64,000 nucleotides of DNA from an uncultured bacterium (GTDB taxonomy: Bacteria; Fidelibacterota; Marinisomatia; Marinisomatales; TCS55). Below the pieces are notes generated by a model, which was given only the letters and a program-made list of their open reading frames with translations, did no database searches and was not told where the DNA came from. Positions 58,491-64,000 of the stretch are shown in pieces. The stretch is from contig CAZIFK010000001.1 of the NCBI GenBank assembly GCA_964538995.1, forward strand, positions 5,827 through 69,826, read 5' to 3'. The first letter of the stretch is position 1. The number at the start of each line of letters is the position of its first letter. Both the position numbers and the translations under genes were made by a program.

Positions 58491-60389
58491 TTACGCTTGA
58501 AATCCAATTGTTTGATATTTACCATCAAACATACTGGCTGATTCGATTTCACAATACTTTATCAAATCTATCTGCATTAAAATTTTGCTTTGCCCTTTCC
58601 GGGATGCAGCTTCCGTAGCGGCATTTTTCACAATGATACTGATCTGTCCACCGGTGAGAGAATAAGATTTTGCCAGTGATGTTGTATCAATTTTTTTAGA
58701 TCCGGGGATTGAATTGGGCAAATGCAGTTTCCAAAGAGCAATTCTTTCCTCTATTCCGGGAAGTGGAAATTCCAATTTCAGGTGGAATCTTCGACTGAAG
58801 GCCAAATCAAGATTATCCCGTAGATTTGTTGTTGCTATCATGACTCCCTTAAGACGTTCAAATGCCTCCAAGAAAAGGTTTTGCATTGTATTGTACATTA
58901 CATCTACAGATGTATTCATTGTGCCAACACGTTTGCTTAAGAATTGATCCGCTTCGTTCAATAATAATACCGGTGGATTATCCGTTCTCCGTACGATCCT
59001 CTCAAAGACAGAAAACATTCTTCGGACGTTTTTCTCACTTTCCCCTACCCATTTGGATTGGATTCTGGAGATGTCGGTAATCAGTAACTTCTTACCGAGA
59101 GCATCGGCAATTGTCCCGGCTGCAAATGTTTTTCCTGTACCCGGTGAACCGTAAAATAACATCAACAATCCAGACTCTAATTTTTTATTCATTTTACCAA
59201 CTACGGATGTTTCTCCATCAAATAATCCCCAGGAAGAAAGAGTTTGATCTACATTATCCCGATATTGGAAAAGTGAGGTTTGGATTGTTTTTTTCATCTC
59301 CATCGGCAATATCAGATCTCGCATACTATGCGTTGGATTAAGTAGAGTAAACATATCATCACCTTTTAAGATTTGAGACAGCCGTTCAGCATCATTGATT
59401 GGTGTTTTCATAATGATTTGCCGGGTAATGTCTGGAGAGCTCCGCACTTCACCACCTTTGCTTCGGAAAAATATGCTTTCTGATAGCTCAACTAATCCAT
59501 GCTTAACAAGGTTTGATTCGATGGAAATGTATTTCCTGTTCATATACAACTCATGTTGGTCACTGCTTACGATACCGATGACTTCATCCGTATCTGTTTG
59601 ACGGCCTTCCAAATCCTCTTTAATAAGATACATGAGAATGACAGCTTCGTTGTGTTCTAATTTGTATTCATTGATAATATCCAATAGTGGAAATTCTCTT
59701 TCTGTCTTTTCCATTCGTCGTTCAATTCTTTCTTTCCATTCCATGGCTTTTAAGTAATCGTTGGCTGTACTTTCATCAAGTTCAGAGTCAAATCGACGAT
59801 TTACAAAACTGCAATAATTAAATTCACGTAATTGTTCAACGTATGAGAACCAGTCTGCTACAAACTCCTTATTTTTCAGATAGGGTTCATCAAACTTTAA
59901 ACTGACATCTTCAAATTCATTCAGTAGTTTTCTGGTGAAAGAACGATGGAAACAAATATCATATTCTAATAAATAATATTTGAAATATTTGATACTGGAA
60001 GAGGACTTTTGTTCTTTGAGGTTGAGTACCTGCTTTTTCTGTGTATAGAAAATGTTTTTCTTAAGTAAAGCAATAATTCTGTCTAGTTGTTCGATACAAG
60101 AATTCCGATCCGGAAAAACAGTATTCAATAATTCAATAGGATCAAATTGGAGTTTTCTCTCAACAATATGTTCAAACCAGGCAGAAGCAATAATAAGAAC
60201 ATCTTCGTGTTCAAGTGAATAATATGAGAAATCCGGATGCTGTGCGATTTTATAAGATAGTTCAGTTAATTCATCAGAATAAATATCCGACCTTGCTTTA
60301 TCAGAGTCCTCTTTCCTTCCAGAATTATGAGGAAAGAAGGAACCGATTTTCTGAAAGATGTTTTGTGGATTTGGGTTTTTTGGCACCAT
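58491..60389 (-). CDS. classic-clade AAA+ ATPase with a ~400-aa N-terminal region of unknown function
   Basis: LMLFYGSPGTGKTFAAG (Walker A), WVGESEKNVRRMF, VLLLNEADQF (Walker B with Asn for Asp), IATTN (sensor 1), LAFSRRF (second region of homology). AAGAGGAG SD 4 nt before the ATG. Confidence 0.85.
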   Translation of the reverse strand: MVPKNPNPQNIFQKIGSFFPHNSGRKEDSDKARSDIYSDELTELSYKIAQHPDFSYYSLEHEDVLIIASAWFEHIVERKLQFDPIELLNTVFPDRNSCIEQLDRIIALLKKNIFYTQKKQVLNLKEQKSSSSIKYFKYYLLEYDICFHRSFTRKLLNEFEDVSLKFDEPYLKNKEFVADWFSYVEQLREFNYCSFVNRRFDSELDESTANDYLKAMEWKERIERRMEKTEREFPLLDIINEYKLEHNEAVILMYLIKEDLEGRQTDTDEVIGIVSSDQHELYMNRKYISIESNLVKHGLVELSESIFFRSKGGEVRSSPDITRQIIMKTPINDAERLSQILKGDDMFTLLNPTHSMRDLILPMEMKKTIQTSLFQYRDNVDQTLSSWGLFDGETSVVGKMNKKLESGLLMLFYGSPGTGKTFAAGTIADALGKKLLITDISRIQSKWVGESEKNVRRMFSVFERIVRRTDNPPVLLLNEADQFLSKRVGTMNTSVDVMYNTMQNLFLEAFERLKGVMIATTNLRDNLDLAFSRRFHLKLEFPLPGIEERIALWKLHLPNSIPGSKKIDTTSLAKSYSLTGGQISIIVKNAATEAASRKGQSKILMQIDLIKYCEIESASMFDGKYQTIGFQA

Positions 60390-60511
60390 ATAACTCCTCT
60401 TTTTTAAAAGAAGTTATATGGTTAAAGAGTCAGATTGGGTCGTTATAATTTAATATTATTTAAAACGATTACGCTGAATATACAATAATGCTATAAATAA
60501 TACATGTGTGA

Positions 60512-62467
60512 CTAATTCATGAAAAAAGTTTCTTGTAGGTTCTGTTTTTCTCGAAATGAATCAACGACTTCAAATCTATCAAAAGTTTCTCCTGGTAACC
60601 TCCATCTTTCCAAAGCAAATCTTATCATATCTGTTTCACGTTGATCATTAATATGAGAAGATAGTTTACGAAAATAGTTTTTTGTTTTTCTTAAATAGTT
60701 TAATGTGTTTTCAACAAACTTTACTGAATCGTTATAAAATATTTCGAGATTTCGAATTTGTTTCATTTTAAAAAAACCGAGATTTGTTTCATTCATCCTT
60801 CGAATTTTTTCTTCAATAGAAAAATCTTTTAGTTTAATATTTTTTGATAGTCCCATTAAAACAAAATTGCCTAGTCTTCTTTTCTCGAGGTGTTTTTCCC
60901 CGAATTCAATTTTTAAATTATTAGATGCCCATATATGTTCTAGCGAAAGAACATCATTATTTTCGACACCTTTGTCAAGACGGCTAATCAATATATTTTC
61001 AATATTAAAACGGTGTCCATCTTGCAATTGGAGAAATTCCTCATACGAAGCAAGGAAAAACCTAATTCCACTCCAATAATAATAGTCTTCGGCTTCGTCT
61101 AAATCGATGGTTAAAGATTGTATAAATTTTTTCTCATTACAATGAATTTTTGCAAATTCGATTAATTCCAATTTTATCCATTGGAAGATATCACCTTCAA
61201 TTTGCTTATTACCATATTTACTATTACTATCACCACTCGTACTACCATGATAAAAATTATATGCCCATCCAAAAAGGTCACCCTGCTTGGAATCTGCTCT
61301 ACTGGTCACCTTTGGAAGAATATATACTCTGAAATTCACTTTCTCAATTATTTCAAGAATTTCAGCAACATTTTTGGGCTGATCCATTCTGGTCATAGTC
61401 GCTAAAAATAGAGGCAATATGGATGCATTTACACTATGACATCTCAGTCTCTTTAATACAGTCCCAATTGCTGCTTTCTCCTCGCCTTGAAAAGTGATTT
61501 CAAAATGTCCACCATTGAATAGAAATGAATAAAACTGAGAACATTGTTCTAGAAATTTTATAAAGTCATAAATTTTATCTACGTTGTTCTCTATCTCTAC
61601 CTCATTTGTTAAATATGGAGAATGAATAATTTTTAATTCATTATATACATACCAACTTTTTGATTTACTTGAATCATAAAAAACGATATAACAATTTCTT
61701 AAAAACCGATTTTCATCATCATTTGACACTATGCCTGCAATATTAAGATTTTTTTGAATATTCACCCATCTTTTGTTTATTGAATCACGAAGTGTGCTCT
61801 TATCGTAGATTGATGCATAATAAATGAAATAATTTTTGATTTTTTCTAATTCAGAAAGTTCTTTTCCTCTATTGTTTATTACCTCAAACATTATTCCAAG
61901 TTCTTTATCATTGTTTGGTGAAAAAACAAGAAATCCAAGTTTTTTCGTAACGGTATTTAAAATTGTATCTACGGAGATATTTTCTTCCTCTAACCAATTT
62001 TTAAAAAACACTTTAGCATCTAATAATCGTTGATGCGATTTTAATTGTGGATTTTCGTTTTCTTCGTCATTAATGATTCTATTATAAAAAAATATCCTTG
62101 TCTCTTCATTTGTTTCAAGAACAAACTTCTCATTTCCCCTTTTTCCCCGCTTTATAAAAGTTTCAATTATTTCTCTATATTTAATTTTATCGAAATTATA
62201 TATTTCCTTTAATAGAATAAGTATTGACGTTAGTCTTTGTTGGCCATCAACAATCTCAAATTTATATTTATCAATTGGTGTTACTACTATCGTGCCAGTG
62301 AAATGTAAATGATTTTTATTCGATATATTTTCTATATCTTTTCTCAAATCTTTAAGATGTTCTTCTTCCCATGTGTATCCTCGTTGGTAATCAGGGATTT
62401 TGAAATATCTATCAGTTATTATTTCTTCAATTGTAATTAATTCTTCGTTGAAATTATTTGTGTTCAT
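60512..62467 (-). CDS. GmrSD-type protein: N-terminal DUF262 (ParB-like NTPase) plus C-terminal DUF1524 (His-Me finger nuclease)
   Basis: FKIPDYQRGYTWEEEHLKDL and FEIVDGQQRLTS (DUF262). LSLEHIWASNN ... LGNFVLM ... KN (DUF1524 H-N-N layout). The gene is conspicuously AT-rich. Confidence 0.8.
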   Translation of the reverse strand: MNTNNFNEELITIEEIITDRYFKIPDYQRGYTWEEEHLKDLRKDIENISNKNHLHFTGTIVVTPIDKYKFEIVDGQQRLTSILILLKEIYNFDKIKYREIIETFIKRGKRGNEKFVLETNEETRIFFYNRIINDEENENPQLKSHQRLLDAKVFFKNWLEEENISVDTILNTVTKKLGFLVFSPNNDKELGIMFEVINNRGKELSELEKIKNYFIYYASIYDKSTLRDSINKRWVNIQKNLNIAGIVSNDDENRFLRNCYIVFYDSSKSKSWYVYNELKIIHSPYLTNEVEIENNVDKIYDFIKFLEQCSQFYSFLFNGGHFEITFQGEEKAAIGTVLKRLRCHSVNASILPLFLATMTRMDQPKNVAEILEIIEKVNFRVYILPKVTSRADSKQGDLFGWAYNFYHGSTSGDSNSKYGNKQIEGDIFQWIKLELIEFAKIHCNEKKFIQSLTIDLDEAEDYYYWSGIRFFLASYEEFLQLQDGHRFNIENILISRLDKGVENNDVLSLEHIWASNNLKIEFGEKHLEKRRLGNFVLMGLSKNIKLKDFSIEEKIRRMNETNLGFFKMKQIRNLEIFYNDSVKFVENTLNYLRKTKNYFRKLSSHINDQRETDMIRFALERWRLPGETFDRFEVVDSFREKQNLQETFFMN

Positions 62468-62579
62468 TTTTGTCCCCGATATTTACTTTTTGGTTTATAT
62501 TATCATTTTAGAAAGGTGAATTATCTTCTCTTACCCTGTATCATAAGATTTTTTTCGACAAAATTAAGTAGAAAAAAAC

Positions 62580-62687
62580 TTAACAATTATTATGTATCAT
62601 TCGTATTGATAATTTCTGTATCTCCACCATCGCCAATATATCTTACCCGCAATATTCCTTTAGTTTATTAATCAATTTACTCTTTCC
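62580..62687 (-). pseudogene. relic of the last ~36 codons of a second DUF2779-type gene (internal stop)
   Basis: 62617-62687 aligns with 62779-62848 (the 3' end of the intact gene) at roughly 85% identity by hand alignment. The minus-strand reading is GKSKLINKLKEYCG*DILAMVEIQKLSIRMIHNNC*, versus intact SEKSKLIYELKEYCGQDTMAMVEIHQYLAKHSNCHP*. Confidence 0.75.
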
Positions 62688-62740
62688 CCCGTCGTTCACA
62701 AATCAAATAATATTCTTCCGTAATTTTACGTGCCGTAATA

Positions 62741-64000
62741 TTACGGGTGACAATTGCTGTGCTTGGCTAAATATTGATGTATCTCCACCATCGCCATCGT
62801 ATCCTGACCACAATATTCTTTTAGTTCATAAATCAATTTACTCTTTTCACTACCGTAAGCCAATTGAATCATTTCATTCCAGGTAACCTGTGCTTCGATA
62901 CCATCGCTAACGTCCAGGGTCTCATAACTCATTGAAGGTACAATAACCGGCAGGACACTTTTAAGGCTGTTTGATCCCTTGAATCGATAATCCGTATAGT
63001 ATTTTCTAAAAATGACAAGTTGATCCCATAGGCGGTCAATGATTAACTTTAGTTGTTCTGAATACTCCGGGCACCACTGCGCGAGTTTGTTCATTATACC
63101 CTTTTCGAACCCCGCATTATAAGCAATCACTGATCCGGATTCTCCAATAGTTTTTGTCAACGATTCTGTTAATGATTTCCGTGGGTCATTTTCCGATTCG
63201 TGCAGATATTCAATATGCTCAAGATTCCCTTTCTTATCCATGATATGACAACTGTATTGGAATGGAAACTGCTCATAGGGATGCATGCCGTCAAACTTGG
63301 GAATCGCCGGGCTGTCTGTTTCAAAGTCAAGAAAATGAAGGGGATATTCAAGCTTGTTTAATTCTCCTGCTATGCCATTCCAATCAATTATCGGTTTTTG
63401 ACTTTCCAAGCTTCTTATATACTTCTTTTGATTTTCGTTAAGTGGAAACTCTGCAGATAGTTTATCAATACCTATCCTGTTATCTTCTATCAAATATTCT
63501 TTATCTGTCCAGCGTAACCTTGGAATATTGAAGATGGAATGTTCCGGTACATTTTTCCAGCAGTATCCAACAAACGGACAATCGTAGGGATTGCTGCAAT
63601 GTTGTCCAATAAGAACATTTGGTTCGGACTTATCCAACATGGATTTATATTCTGAAAGTTTTTTAGGAACTGATGTTAATACAGCATTCACTGGTTCTGT
63701 GATATCTTCCGTTCTGAAAAGATTGGTGAGATCAGGATACACACAATCACGATTAATATGTTTCAGAAATACACGCTTCATTTCTAACCCACATCCCTGG
63801 AGAACCCACGTCTGCACAGCCACATCATGAATATTGACTTCTTTAACGTCGGTTGAAGATTTCACCTCGATCATATTCCAACTGCCCAAATCATTCCGCA
63901 GAATAATGTCTGGTCGGACAAGAACATTCTCATAAATAAAACATCCTTCGAAAATGACATCTGTAGAATTATCCAATGCTTTTTTCGTTTGTTTAATAGC
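62741..64000 (-). CDS. DUF2779-family protein (Cas4/RecB-like PD-(D/E)XK nuclease N-terminal part plus DUF2779 C-terminal domain), 5' end outside the window
   Basis: RPDIILRNDLGSWNMIEVKSS (D...E-x-K), Cys cluster CSNPYDCPFVGYCW, LHFLDFETDSPAIPKF...FPFQYSCH. The frame stays open upstream of the track's TTG start (…AIKQTKKAL-DNSTDV) to position 64000. Confidence 0.7.
   Translation of the reverse strand, partial: AIKQTKKALDNSTDVIFEGCFIYENVLVRPDIILRNDLGSWNMIEVKSSTDVKEVNIHDVAVQTWVLQGCGLEMKRVFLKHINRDCVYPDLTNLFRTEDITEPVNAVLTSVPKKLSEYKSMLDKSEPNVLIGQHCSNPYDCPFVGYCWKNVPEHSIFNIPRLRWTDKEYLIEDNRIGIDKLSAEFPLNENQKKYIRSLESQKPIIDWNGIAGELNKLEYPLHFLDFETDSPAIPKFDGMHPYEQFPFQYSCHIMDKKGNLEHIEYLHESENDPRKSLTESLTKTIGESGSVIAYNAGFEKGIMNKLAQWCPEYSEQLKLIIDRLWDQLVIFRKYYTDYRFKGSNSLKSVLPVIVPSMSYETLDVSDGIEAQVTWNEMIQLAYGSEKSKLIYELKEYCGQDTMAMVEIHQYLAKHSNCHP

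Noticed and set aside
58478-58552. Longer version (109 aa) of the small middle gene
   Set aside because: It would overlap the AAA+ gene's 3' end by 62 nt and lacks an SD. The internal ATG at 58477 has a perfect AAGAGGA site directly after the AAA+ stop codon.
1-64000. CRISPR arrays, tRNA/rRNA/tmRNA/RNase P genes, IS elements or prophage genes
   Set aside because: I scanned all intergenic gaps larger than 100 bp by eye. I saw no regularly spaced direct repeats, cloverleaf-compatible 70-90-nt segments, GGTTCGAATCC-type T-arms, transposase-like ORFs or terminal inverted repeats flanking an ORF. A covariance-model scan (tRNAscan-SE, Infernal) would be needed for certainty.

Overview
This is a 64-kb stretch of a compact, AT-leaning bacterial chromosome. 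I call 53 protein-coding genes, about four fifths on the minus strand, many with 1-8 nt start/stop overlaps. I found no rRNA, tRNA, CRISPR array, transposase or phage structural gene. Three secreted proteins end in the type-A T9SS sorting domain (NYPNPFNP...SGIYFY...K), which points to the FCB (Fibrobacterota-Chlorobiota-Bacteroidota) supergroup. Many genes also carry clear AGGAG Shine-Dalgarno sites. My guess, not a determination, is an uncultured sister lineage (Marinimicrobia/Ignavibacteria/Calditrichota-like). Left to right: (1) a PMM/PGM fragment, a uridine-kinase-like gene and a large T9SS cargo protein. (2) An AGCS transporter-murQ-methyltransferase-hydrolase operon. (3) An LptF/G permease convergent with an outer-membrane barrel plus a 979-aa lipoprotein pair. 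(4) A housekeeping run: ahcY-metK, hpf, pckA, xer, rluD, lspA, dksA-like, ileS. (5) htrA and two divergent T9SS cargo genes. (6) A long minus-strand run from pyrF to a 5-haem cytochrome c: pyrF-pyrE-cyclophilin-patatin-DsbD-TlpA-M1 peptidase (with an Omp85-like C-terminus)-beta-propeller-cytochrome. (7) Two methyl/acetyl-transferases. (8) Two PIN-type toxin-antitoxin pairs and an SSS transporter, bracketed by two copies of a long palindromic REP-like element. (9) DUF885, a YyaL-like thioredoxin-domain protein, a ROK kinase and a DAACS transporter; the last two are preceded by a shared 48-bp motif. (10) From about 56.7 kb to the window edge, a defence-island-like block of five co-directional genes: a DUF2779/PD-(D/E)XK nuclease (truncated by the window), a relic of a second DUF2779 3' end, a very AT-rich GmrSD-type (DUF262+DUF1524) enzyme, and a tight three-gene operon. 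That operon encodes a classic AAA+ ATPase, an 84-aa protein and a DnaB-C-terminal-domain-only ATPase. It matches no named system I know and is my main candidate for an undescribed system. All functional calls rest on motif recognition by eye from the supplied translations; no database search was possible.
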